NCBI GenBank assembly: GCA_000004695.1
Contig: CM000150.2
Span: 3,968,001 to 4,032,000 of the forward strand
Direction: 5' to 3'
DNA length: 64,000 nt
Source: Dictyostelium discoideum
Taxonomy: Eukaryota
Part shown: one piece after another, positions 40,301 through 50,579 of the stretch
How the letters are laid out: the number at the start of each line of letters is the position of its first letter
Position numbering within the stretch: the first letter of the stretch is position 1
Program-made: the position numbers and the translations under genes
Notes under the pieces: generated by a model
Databases searched by the model: none
Told to the model about the DNA's origin: nothing
The model's input: only the letters and a program-made list of their open reading frames with translations

Positions 40301-41345
40301 GGGTTGCCTTTCTTGTATATTGTGTGTATAAGACCTTCGGTGAATTCTGTTGTGATGTGGTGAGGATTTTCTAGTATATCGTTGAATAATGCAGTGAGAA
40401 TTGGTTTAACTTGGTTTAAATGATTAATGTAGAAAGCATTTGCAACGCCATCTGGACCGGGTGATTTGTTGGGGTTACAGGTTTTAATTGCAGCTTCAAC
40501 TTCATCTTGTATAAATGGTGAGTCTAAACCATTACAATATTCATTTTTTATGATGGGCCATGTGTTTAGCATGAGCTGGTGAGTAATTGGACAACATATT
40601 TGTAAGCTATATAGATTTGTGTAGAATTCAACAAATGCATTTTCAATTTGGTCGGATGTAATGATGTTACCATATTGGATTGATTCAATTTTTGCATCTT
40701 TTGATCTTTTGTTTAGTATTGCTGATAGATACTTGATAGGTATTTCTCCATTTATATGTTTTTTTAATATGTTTGTGTGGTTTTGATGTAATTTGTTTTT
40801 GTTACATATAATATTGTATTCGGCGATGCATTGTTCTTCAAGATGTTTGAATTTTGCTGCTTTTTCTAATAGTATTTGTTTTGCACGTTGAGTTTGTTTG
40901 TCTTTGTTATATTGATAGTTTTTTAGAGTTTTAATAATTTTTGATTTTACTTTTGACCAGTTTGTAAATTGATTGATTGATGTGTTATTGTGATTAGTTA
41001 TTAAATGATTGATAATATTGATTGCTTCATGGTCATTTGCAGTACCAGGTGATAATATCCATCTTTTCTTATGTTTATTTATTTGAAAAGGTGAAGAAAT
41101 TGTTGTTGATATTGGATTATGATCTGATAATGAAGATGGAATTTGGTGGACTTGTGTATATATATTTTCAGGGTCTATTCTATTGTATTGAGTATATATT
41201 CTATCTAATCTGTTGCCATGTGTATGAGTTGGAGTGTTTTTAAATTCACCTTGATCAATTAAATGGTGTTGGTATGTGTAGGATTGGATAATATCATCTA
41301 ATAGTGAATTGTCGTTGTGGATACAGTTGAAATCTCCTGCGATAA
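37379..41345 (-). mobile_element. 5'-truncated, frameshifted non-LTR (LINE-type) retrotransposon of the tRNA-gene-targeted TRE family. Most likely TRE3-type, since it lies downstream of a tRNA gene. ORF2 keeps the C-terminal part of the APE endonuclease, the reverse transcriptase and a C-terminal CCHC-like zinc knuckle. Ends are approximate.
   Basis: Minus-strand translation gives APE motifs ...ISAGDFNCIH...SDHNPI. RT motifs: KSPGPDGVANAFY (RT N-terminus), FVPHRFI, DFFKAFDSISHD (only after a frameshift), QFADDSTTY (YxDD box). Zinc knuckle CPICNNEMNNDPYGHLFFNCQH. Several frameshifts and stops between 39330 and 40030. The 3' end was put at the T-run near 37379-37392. The 5' end lies ~70 bp from the tRNA-Tyr 3' end. 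Confidence 0.8.
37997..40572 (-). pseudogene. Disrupted ORF2 (endonuclease, reverse transcriptase, Zn-knuckle) of the TRE-like retrotransposon.
   Basis: ORF-track fragments 37997..39331 and 40027..40572 (minus) are pieces of one pol-like ORF. They are separated by frameshifts and stops, and the FADD box falls in the gap. Confidence 0.75.
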
Positions 41346-41414
41346 TAGATACATGTTGGGATTGGTTTTGTTTCTGGAATCGAACATGCGTCTGTTGACA
41401 TCACGAAAGAAAAG

Positions 41415-41497
41415 TCCGGCTTGCCAGATTCGAACTAGCAACCGATTGATCACTTTCTATACTACAGTCAATCGCGCTACCATTGCGCCAAAGCCGG
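41415..41497 (-). tRNA. tRNA-Tyr (anticodon GUA) with an ~11 nt intron 3' of the anticodon.
   Basis: Minus-strand sequence CCGGCTT-TG-GCGC-AATGGTA-GCGC-G-ATTGA-CTGTAG[TATAGAAAGTG]A-TCAAT-CGGTT-GCTAG-TTCGAAT-CTGGC-AAGCCGG-A. It has a 7-bp acceptor stem, a 4-bp D stem, and a 5-bp anticodon stem formed across the intron. The T-loop is TTCGAAT and the discriminator is A. It is followed by a T-run terminator (TTTTCTTTCG). Confidence 0.85.
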
Positions 41498-41789
41498 ATG
41501 ATGAAAATAAAATTATTTTTACCAATTAAGGTTCGTTTTTTTTTCAATTTTTATTAAAATTGTCAGAGAATACCCTTAAACTGGCACCAAATAACTCAAT
41601 GTCGGTATCTACAGCAAATTCACCTAGATATCCATATGATTTTATGGAGCTGTATATTTAATAGGAATTGGATGATTGTTGATAAAAGAATAAAATTAAA
41701 TAAAAATACTTTTTTTTTTTTTGATGTAAATCAAAAACGAGTTTTTTAAATAGAAATAATTTATTGTTATAATTTAGAAAAAAAAAATT

Positions 41790-42233
41790 TTAAACTTTAC
41801 TTAAAGTAAGTTTATATTGGTAATTGTATGTACTACCCATGATAGCAAAACCACCACTATAAGATTTTACAATTTTGGAACTAGTTGGAATTTGATCTTT
41901 ACTGGTGCAATCTTCGCTATAGAAAACACCACTATAACCTTTAGTTATTTTATATTCAACATGGAGATTTTCACCAGAATTGTAAACACTAACTTTATTT
42001 GGATCACTGAAAAATGTTGATCCAATACCCTTTGAAAATGTATGATTATATGAACTAAAAACAATATTATTTTGTAATAATTGAGCCAACAAGAATATAC
42101 TTTGTGAACCATTATCCAAAGTTTGAGGAATTTCTGGTAATTTACATTTACTACCAAACATTTGAGCATTTGATACTAAACATAATGAAACTAAGAATAA
42201 TAAAAAAAAGGTAAAACTATTAGAAATTTTCAT
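41790..42233 (-). CDS. Small secreted protein, tandem-family copy 1 (147 aa). Signal peptide plus a ~125-aa domain with two conserved Cys.
   Basis: MKISNSFTFFLLFLVSLCLVSNAQ|MFGSKCKLPEIPQTLDNGSQS...EDCTSKDQIPTSS...; 70-80% identical to copy 2. Confidence 0.7.
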   Translation of the reverse strand: MKISNSFTFFLLFLVSLCLVSNAQMFGSKCKLPEIPQTLDNGSQSIFLLAQLLQNNIVFSSYNHTFSKGIGSTFFSDPNKVSVYNSGENLHVEYKITKGYSGVFYSEDCTSKDQIPTSSKIVKSYSGGFAIMGSTYNYQYKLTLSKV

Positions 42234-43449
42234 ATTTTTATTTTTATTTATTTAAAGAATTAAAGTTTAATATATAGAAAACAAATTAAAAAAAAAAAGG
42301 GTATAAATAGATTTTTTTTATCCTTTTTTTTTTTTAATTTTTAAAAATTAAATATTTCAATTTCAAAAACAACCCCAGAAAATTTAAGATAACTTAAATT
42401 TTTAAAAACTATTTCTAATTTAAAAAAATATTAAACAATTTTTTTAACTTAAAATTAAAAATTACCATCTTTGCAAATAAAAATAATTAAAGATATATTT
42501 ATAGTTATTTTTATTTTAAAAAATATTAAAGAAGTACGATTTTTATTGGATATTATTAAATTTAAAAACAGTTAAAATTTTAAATTTGAAAAATCATACT
42601 AAAAATTTTTTGAATTTTTCTTTTAATAGGAAAATGAAAAGGTTTTGGGGAATGTTTAAAAAATAAATTTTTATTTTTTTTATTTTTAAATTTTAACTTC
42701 TAAAAAAAAAAAACAAAAAAAAGAAATGAATAATAGAAATCTGATTAATGATAATCCTACATAATCAAATTATTCAAAACTGACCAACATAAACACCAAC
42801 GCCATCGAAAACATTAACAGATCCAATGAGAGTTTTAACCAATCAAAATGATGTAACTTTAGAATGTTTCGATCAAGAACATCAATCATAAATTTCGATA
42901 ATTGTATTAAATTTACCGCTCATTAAAACAAATTGGAGATAAGGTAATACTTCTTTAAAATCCAAATTGATGATCATTCGAACTATGGTGGATTCATTAA
43001 TGAGCAATCATCAATTCAAAAGCATCATCAACTGAAAACCACAATTCAAATATTATCAATATCACTATCATTAATTTGTATTTCAATACCAAATTATAAA
43101 CAATCAATAATCCTGATCCTTCAGTACTAATATATACTTATCTATCATTGGTTTCCATTTCTTTTGCTGCTAAATTTATTGCCAGACAGTTATTTTGGTG
43201 TCCCTCCAAATTACATAAACAGTTTTTAGGATAATATTTAACTCATTATTCTCTTTGACAATTCTATTAGCATCTTCAAATGATGAACTTTCTATTTCAT
43301 TTTATAATAAGACATTTAAAAATTATAATTCCATTTTGGGAAAAGGAGCCATTTTGTAAAACTTTAATAAAAATACATTTTTTTTATGTAAATCATAAAC
43401 AAGTTTTCTAAACAGAAATAATTTATTTTTTTTTTTATAAAAAATAGTT

Positions 43450-43893
43450 TTAAACTTTAGTTAAGATAAATTTATATTGGTAATAATATGTACTACCCAT
43501 GGTAACAGAGCCACCACTATAAATTACTACACTATAGGAATCAGATGGAATTTGACCTTTACTTGTGCAATCTTCGTTATAATAAACTCCACTATAACCG
43601 CTAACTATTTTATATTCAATATGGAAATTTTCACCAGAATTGTAAACACTAACTTTATTTGAATCACTGAAAAATGTTGATCCAGTACCTTTTGGAAATG
43701 TATGATTATATGAACTAATAACAACATTATTTTGCATTAATTGAGCCAACATGAATACACTGTGTGAACCATTATCCAAAGTTTGAGGGATTTCTGGTAA
43801 ATTACATTTTTTACCAGACATTTGAGCATTTGATACTGCACATAACGAAACAAAGAATAGTAAAAAAAAGGTAAAACTATTAGGAATTTTCAT
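43450..43893 (-). CDS. Small secreted protein, tandem-family copy 2 (147 aa).
   Basis: MKIPNSFTFFLLFFVSLCAVSNAQ|MSGKKCNLPEIPQTLDNGSHS...; intact ORF. Confidence 0.7.
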   Translation of the reverse strand: MKIPNSFTFFLLFFVSLCAVSNAQMSGKKCNLPEIPQTLDNGSHSVFMLAQLMQNNVVISSYNHTFPKGTGSTFFSDSNKVSVYNSGENFHIEYKIVSGYSGVYYNEDCTSKGQIPSDSYSVVIYSGGSVTMGSTYYYQYKFILTKV

Positions 43894-45336
43894 GTTTTTA
43901 TTTTTATTTATTTTAAAGAATTAAAGTTTATATAGAAAATAAATGAAAAATAAAAATGAGAAAAAATAAATGTTTAAAATAGATTTTTATTTTTCTTATC
44001 CCTTTTTTTTTTTTTTTTTATTTTTAATTTTTAAAAATTAAATATTTCAATTTCAAAACCTACCTCAGAAAATATTAAATTTCAGATAACTTTAATTTTT
44101 GAAAAACTAACTCAATTAAAAAAATAAGTTTAATGAAAAAAATAAAAACAATTCTATTTGACCCTAAAAATAAAAATTCCCATCTTAAGCAATATTGTTT
44201 TTTTTTTTATTTTTTTTTTATTTTTTTAAAATAAAAGAAGTATGATTTTTAATTGAATATTTATAAAACCGGATACAATTTTCAATTTGAAGTATTATTC
44301 TGAATACTTTTTTTTCTTTTAATACATTTTAAAATAATTATTTTAATTAAAAAAAAAATTAAAAAATAATAATAAAATAATAACAATTTTTTAATTTGTT
44401 AATTAATAAAATTATTGGTTGAAAATTAAAAAGTTTTGGGGGGTGTGAAAAATAAATTTTTTTTTTTTATTTTTTAAACCCCAAAACTTCTGGAAAAAAA
44501 AAAAAAAAAACAAAAAAGAATTGAATAATCCTATGGAATCAAATTATTCAAAACGGACATTAACACTAACACCACCAAATCAGATTAATGGTTATCCTAT
44601 GGAATCAAATTTTTCAAAAACATAAACAGACCAAATGACAGGTTTAACCAATCAAAATGATATTAATAATAGATATTAAATTTACAAACTGAAATGTAAA
44701 TATATATAAATTAATTGTTACATACATATACATACATACATACACACACATATATATTATATACTATCGCAATAATTAAATTAAAAAAGTTTGTTCTTTA
44801 CAAGTACACATTCAAAGTGATCCAAACTCAGCAAATACATCAACAACCAATAATATTATTATAAAATTAGAATGGTTCAATCAAGCAACCATTCAATTTG
44901 CTAATAGCTAGTATTAAATACTTCTCATTAAAACAATTTGGAGATAAATAGCAATAATCGATTCAAAACCATCATCAATTGAAAATCAATAATTAGATTC
45001 AAAAATGAACTCAATTCAAACATTATCAATATTGCAATGATTCATTGGTAATGTAATACCCAATAATAGATAGCTATCTATTAATACTATAAACAATCAA
45101 TAATCATGACTTTACAGTATTAATAGATAGCTATCTATTATTGGGTTCCATTTCCTTTGCTGCTGTTGGTGTCCCTCAAGTTTACATTCAAAAAGTTTTA
45201 AGGATATTATTTAACTCATTATTCTCTCTGACAATCTTCTAATGATGAACTTTCTTTTTCAATTTAAAATAAAGTATTAAATAATTATAAGGCCATTTTG
45301 GTAAAAGGAGAATAAAACATTGTAAAACTCTTATAT

Positions 45337-45373
<37 letters not shown>

Positions 45374-45406
45374 ATGATATACAGAAATAATTTATTGTTT
45401 TATAAT

Positions 45407-45838
45407 TTAAACTTTACTTAAATTAAGTTTATATTTGTATGAGTGTGTACTACCCATGATAACAAAACCACCATCATAATATCTTAGAATATCGGAACTA
45501 GTTGGAATTTGATCTTTACTTGTGCAATCTTCGTTATAAAAAACACCACTATAACCCTTAACTTTTTTATATTCAACATGGAAATTTTCACCAGAATTGT
45601 AAACACTAACTTTATTTGAATCACTGAAAAATGATGATCCAGTACCTTTTGGAAATGTATGATTATATGAACTAATAACAACATTATTTTGCATTAATTG
45701 AGCTAACAAGAATACACTTTGTGAACCATTATCCAAAGTTTGAGGAATTAATGGTAAATTACATTTTTTACCAGACTTTTGAGCATTTGATACTACACAT
45801 AATGAAACAAAGAATATTAAAAAAAAAGGTAAAACTTA
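45407..45838 (-). pseudogene. Small secreted protein, tandem-family copy 3. The N-terminal (signal peptide) region is frameshifted relative to the ATG at 45836-45838.
   Basis: The downstream frame encodes ...SNAQKSGKKCNLPLIPQTLDNGSQSVF... colinear with copies 1-2. Compared with copy 2 there is a 2-bp loss (cctaaTAgtttt to tctaagtttt) and a T9 run where copy 2 has T8. This puts ATGAAAATTTCTAAG out of frame, with a stop after 11 codons. It could instead be a homopolymer sequencing error. Confidence 0.5.
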
Positions 45839-46518
45839 GAAATTTTCATATTTTTATTTTTATTAATATAAAGAATTAAAGTTTAATATATATAGAAAAT
45901 AAATGAAAAATAATTATTAAAAAAAAGTGTTTAAATAGATTTGTTTTTTTAATCCTTTTTTTTTTTTTGTTATTTAAATTTTTAAAAAAATTAAATATTT
46001 CCATTTCAAAACTAACCCCATCGAAATTTAAAATTTCAGACATATTATCTAAAAAAAAACTAATGCTAATAAAAAAAAAAAATAAGTTTTATAAAAGAAA
46101 AAAAATTCTATTTGACTAAAAATAATTCTATTTGACTAAAAATAAAATTACCATCTTGACCAATAAAAATAATTAAATATTTATTAATAGTTATTTTTTT
46201 TTTTTTTTTTAATTCAAAAATAAAAAATGGATGATTACTATTGGAAATTATTAAATTTAAAACCGTTGCAATTTTAAAATTTGTAATATCTTTATAACTT
46301 TTTTTGTTTTTTTTCTTTTTTATTAGAAAGATTAATAATAATAATAATAATAATAATAAATTAACAATAATTAAAAATAATTGGTTTATTTGTACCGAAT
46401 TTTTGGTGGAAAATGAAAAAGTTTTGGAGGGGGATATTTATAAAATAAATTTTTTTTTTTTATTTTTTTAATTTTTCTTGAAAAAAAAAAAAAAAAAAAA
46501 AAAACAAAACAAAAAAAG

Positions 46519-46675
46519 AAATGAATAATGAAAATCAGATTAATGATAATCCTATAGAATCAAATGATTCAAAACCGACACCAACACCAACACCATCGAA
46601 AACAATAACAGATCAAATGATCGGTTTAACCAACCAAAATGATGTTAATAATATATTAAATTTACAAACTGAAAT
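46519..46675 (+). CDS. KxDL-motif protein (KXD1/BORCS4, BORC/BLOC-1-related complex subunit) homolog, exon 1.
   Basis: MNNENQINDNPIESNDSKPTPTPTPSKTITDQMIGLTNQNDVNNILNLQTE; donor AT|GTAACT, phase 2. Not in the ORF track. Confidence 0.6.
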
Positions 46676-46836
46676 GTAACTTAATATTAATATTTTTATA
46701 TATATATATATATCAATAAATATATTCGTTACATATACTATATCGCAATAATTAAATTATAATAAAAGTTTTCTAACAATATATATTTTATCATTACTCA
46801 TTCTGTCTATCTCCCTCTTACTAAAACATTATTTAG

Positions 46837-46989
46837 ATTAAAAAAACAATATGAAACCAATCATATGTTATCACACTTCAATGAATATTCATCTCAAAAA
46901 TATCATCAAATGTCTAGCGATTTTGAAAAGCATACAAAAATGTTAAAAGAAATGAAAAAAGATTTAGATTATATATTTAAAAAAACAAG
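46837..46989 (+). CDS. KXD1 homolog, exon 2 (KxDL motif).
   Basis: (I)LKKQYETNHMLSHFNEYSSQKYHQMSSDFEKHTKMLKEMKKDLDYIFKKT aligns with human KXD1 [51 protein letters not shown]. Frame consistent across both introns. Confidence 0.75.
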
Positions 46990-47090
46990 GTAAATATTTA
47001 TAAATTATTCCTATTATTATTATTATTATCATTTAATTTAATAAATACTTTATTTATTATTTTATTAATTATTACTTTATTTATTTACAG

Positions 47091-47186
47091 AAATTTACAA
47101 ATATTATTAAATGAAAAATTTCAAATACCTGGCGTAACTGATCAATACAATGAAGAAGAAGATGAAGATGATGATGGTGATAATTA
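47091..47186 (+). CDS. KXD1 homolog, exon 3 (acidic C-terminus).
   Basis: (R)NLQILLNEKFQIPGVTDQYNEEEDEDDDGDN*, compare KXD1 ...SFLEEEDEDP. Confidence 0.7.
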
Positions 47187-47345
47187 AATAATAATTAAAT
47201 TGTAAAAGTAAAAATAATAATAATAATAAAATGATCATTTGTATATAAATATAGAATCAATAAAATTTTAGAAAATAAAAAAAAAAAAAACAATGTTATA
47301 TTTGGTTATGGGTATAAATGTACAATGTATTTTTCTTTTCTTTTT

Positions 47346-47377
<32 letters not shown>

Positions 47378-47408
47378 TATATATTGTTTTTTTTTTTTTT
47401 TTTTATAT

Positions 47409-47483
47409 TTATTGTTGTTGTTTTAAATTTGCTGTCCATTTTTCAACATTAAAATTTTGATATTTCTTTACAAATTCATGATT
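47409..47483 (-). CDS. mekA: MAP kinase kinase (MEK), exon 4 (C-terminal tail NHEFVKKYQNFNVEKWTANLKQQQ*).
   Basis: Phase-0 acceptor TTTAG on the minus strand. Completes kinase subdomain XI after ...PTERPTASNLL|GTATGT. The symbol is tentative, given only because D. discoideum is reported to have a single classical MEK1. Confidence 0.6.
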   Translation of the reverse strand, partial: NHEFVKKYQNFNVEKWTANLKQQQ

Positions 47484-47579
47484 CTAAAGGATAAAAATAA
47501 AAAAAAAGAAATTGGTTAATATTAAATAGTGATTATTAAATAAATTTTTTTTTTTTTTTTTTAAAAAATAAAAACATAC

Positions 47580-47779
47580 TAATAAGTTTGAAGCTGTTGG
47601 TCTTTCAGTTGGTTCTTTTTGTAAACATTCAGAAATGAATGACCTAAATTCCTTTGAAAAAGTTGATGGTAAAATTGGTACCTCTTCTTTTACGATACAA
47701 TCTAAAAGTACCCAAAATCCCATACCCTCTGGTACACTACTACCACTATCAACTAATCCACCATTGCTTATATCTAATA

Positions 47780-47848
<69 letters not shown>

Positions 47849-48647
47849 TCCTTATATTGTTATTACTATTATTTATATCTAAATTTTGAAGTTGTAATTG
47901 TAATGGTTGTTGTTGTTGTTGCTGTTGTTGTTGCTGTTGTTGTAATGGTTGTTGTTGTTGTTGCTGTTGTTGTTGCTGTTGTTGTAATGGTTGTTGTTGT
48001 TGATGTGGTAAATTAGAACCATAAGGGAATTTACCTATTGCGCATTCTAAAATTGTTAAACCTAAACTCCAAATTTCAGAATCGAAAGAATAAGACCTAC
48101 CACTTATACGTTCAGGAGACATATAGGTGACAGTACCAACCCAAGTTACAGCCTTTGAGAGAGTATGTTGTAATTGACCACTAACACCGAAATCTGCAAT
48201 CTTTGCTTCACCTTTATTGTTTACCAGAATATTTGAAGGTTTAATATCACGATGAATTAAATGTAACTTTCTGTGAAGGTAAACTAAACCTTGTAACACT
48301 TGAAATGCGATTTTACCCAAAACCGGTTCAGGAATGGTCGAAGTTTTCTTCATGATATCACTTAGTGATCCAAGTTCCATGAATTCCAATGCAATGAAAA
48401 TTGAGCCCTCTGTATAGAATGCATCATAAAATGAAACTATATATGGATAAGAGGTCTTGTGTAATGTCTTTAGCTCCAATATAATCTGTTTTCTAATATT
48501 CTCTTGAATATCCAATGTTATCACTTTCAATGCAATATATGTACCAGATGTTTCATGATATGCTAACTTTACAACACCACCTGCTCCTCTTCCTAATACT
48601 CTTATTATTTTTAAATCTTTTAAATCATATGATAAATTTGTATCATA
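47580..48647 (-). CDS. mekA: MAP kinase kinase, exon 3 (kinase domain with poly-Q/poly-N insertion).
   Basis: KYDTNLSYDLKDLKIIRVLGRGAGGVVKLAYHETSGT (GxGxxG)...HRDIKPSNILVNNKGEAKIADFGVSGQLQHTLSKAVTWVGTVTYMSPER (HRDxKPxN, DFG, SxxxS/T MAP2K activation loop). Confidence 0.85.
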
Positions 48648-48752
48648 CTTTTAAAAAATAAAGAAGGGAGAGAAAAAAAAAAAAAAAATAATTAATAAAT
48701 TATAATAAATATATATAAATATATATATATATATAAAATTTAAAATATTTAC

Positions 48753-49341
48753 ATGTGGGTGATTATTAGCACTATTATTTAAATAATTATTACTACTACC
48801 ACTACTACTTATATCAAATGAAGAATTTGATGATGATTGTAATGCATTAAAATTATTGAAATTATTATTATTACCATAATTATTGTAGTTATTAAAATTA
48901 TTAAAATTATTATTACTATTATTATAATTATTATTATTATTATTACTATTATTATTATTATTATAATTATTATAATTATTATTATTATTATAATAATTTG
49001 TAAATGTATTATTAAAAGAATGTGAAGAAGTTGGTGTTGATATTGAAATACCAGATAGTTGAGGTGAATCAATACCATTATTCATAAGATTATTAAAATT
49101 ATTAAGATTATTGTTATTATTATTATTATTGTTGTTGTTGTTGTTGTTATAAAATCCTTGATTGAAATCCATACTTTCAGAAGAAGTTGGTGAAGCTAAC
49201 AACTGTGGGTTTAAATTTGAATGAAGTGATTTATTTTTATTTCTATCATTTACTGAACTGTTTTTTGGTGATTCACCTTTAATTAATAATCCTTTTTTGT
49301 TAATTAATAAATCACCTTCTTTAAATGTACCACTTGTAGTT
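48753..49341 (-). CDS. mekA: MAP kinase kinase, exon 2 (Asn/Tyr-rich low-complexity N-terminal region).
   Basis: (L)TTSGTFKEGDLLINKKGLLIKGESPKNSSVNDRNKNKSLHSNLNPQLLASPTSSESMDF...NNHPH|GTAAAT. Confidence 0.65.
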
Positions 49342-49448
49342 CTTTTTAAATTTTTTTTATTTTTGTTTTATTTTTTTTAATTATATTTTCAATAATTAAT
49401 ATTTATTTACTTAAATTTTTAAAAAATTAAAATTATATTAATACATAC

Positions 49449-49578
49449 AATGAATAACTATTTTCATTATTTTGAACAGGTGTTTCAACTTTTAAATTCA
49501 CTTTTTTACCAGTTTTAACTCCGACCGCATTATTATTATTATTATTATTATTACTACTATTATTATTACTATTATTAC

Positions 49579-49622
<44 letters not shown>

Positions 49623-49699
49623 TTATTAGTGGTGGGTGTATTAATGATATTATTACCACTACTACTTATATTTGTATTTGTATTTGTATTTGTATTCAT
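49449..49699 (-). CDS. mekA: MAP kinase kinase, exon 1 (MNTNTNTNTNISSSGNNIINTPTTNNNN...).
   Basis: ATG at 49697-49699. Donor TCATT|GTATGT (phase 2) plus acceptor A gives Leu, in frame with exon 2. Confidence 0.55.
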
Positions 49700-49716
49700 A
49701 ATTATTATTTTTTGTT

Positions 49717-49768
<52 letters not shown>

Positions 49769-50085
49769 TAAAAATAAAAATAAAATATATATATATAAAA
49801 AATATTTTATTTTATTTTGTTCAAAAAGAAGAAAAAAAAAATCTTAAAATAAAAAAAATTTTTTCATTTTTTTTTTTTTTTTTTTTTAAAAATGTATGAT
49901 ATAATTTCAATTATTTCACAACAACTTTTTTTTTTTTTTCTTTTTGATCAAATTAAATTAAAAAAAAAAAAAGTGAGCAGTATTAATTTTAAAATATGGA
50001 TTAAAGAATATCAAAATTTTATGTTTATCTGTTTTGAAATCATTTAAAATTTTCAAATAGCAATAAATGGTAAGATAACTTTTTA

Positions 50086-50135
<50 letters not shown>

Positions 50136-50523
50136 CAAGAAAACAAAAGAGGCTTTACGACACTTTGGGTTGCAATTGCTCAAAAATTTCCGTCTAATTG
50201 TCCTAGCTATATGCTATTCTCAATAATTGTATTACTTTTATATTAAATAAATAATACTATTTTTGAGAATTGTCATTTTTGCTAAGACAATTAGATGGAA
50301 AATTTTGAAAAATTGTAATTCAAATCATTAGGTACCAACTCAAGATTCACAAGATGACCAAGTAATTGAACCAGGATGTTGATATGCCAGTAGATTGCAA
50401 TGCGATGCAGCAGATTCTGCAAAAATGAATAAAATACAAATAAATAATAAAAACTAATAATTTAATACAAAAAATAAAAAAGGTGTTTATTTTTCTTTTT
50501 ATTTATTTAATTTCTTTTTTATA

Positions 50524-50566
<43 letters not shown>

Positions 50567-50579
50567 TTCTTTATTATTT

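Noticed and set aside
42700-45130. Short plus-strand ORFs starting ATGAATAAT... in repeat units 1 and 2 (e.g. ~42726 and ~44519)
   Set aside because: They are degenerate copies of KXD1 exon 1 created by the segmental duplication. They are interrupted by stops after 12-40 codons and are not followed by the KxDL exon.
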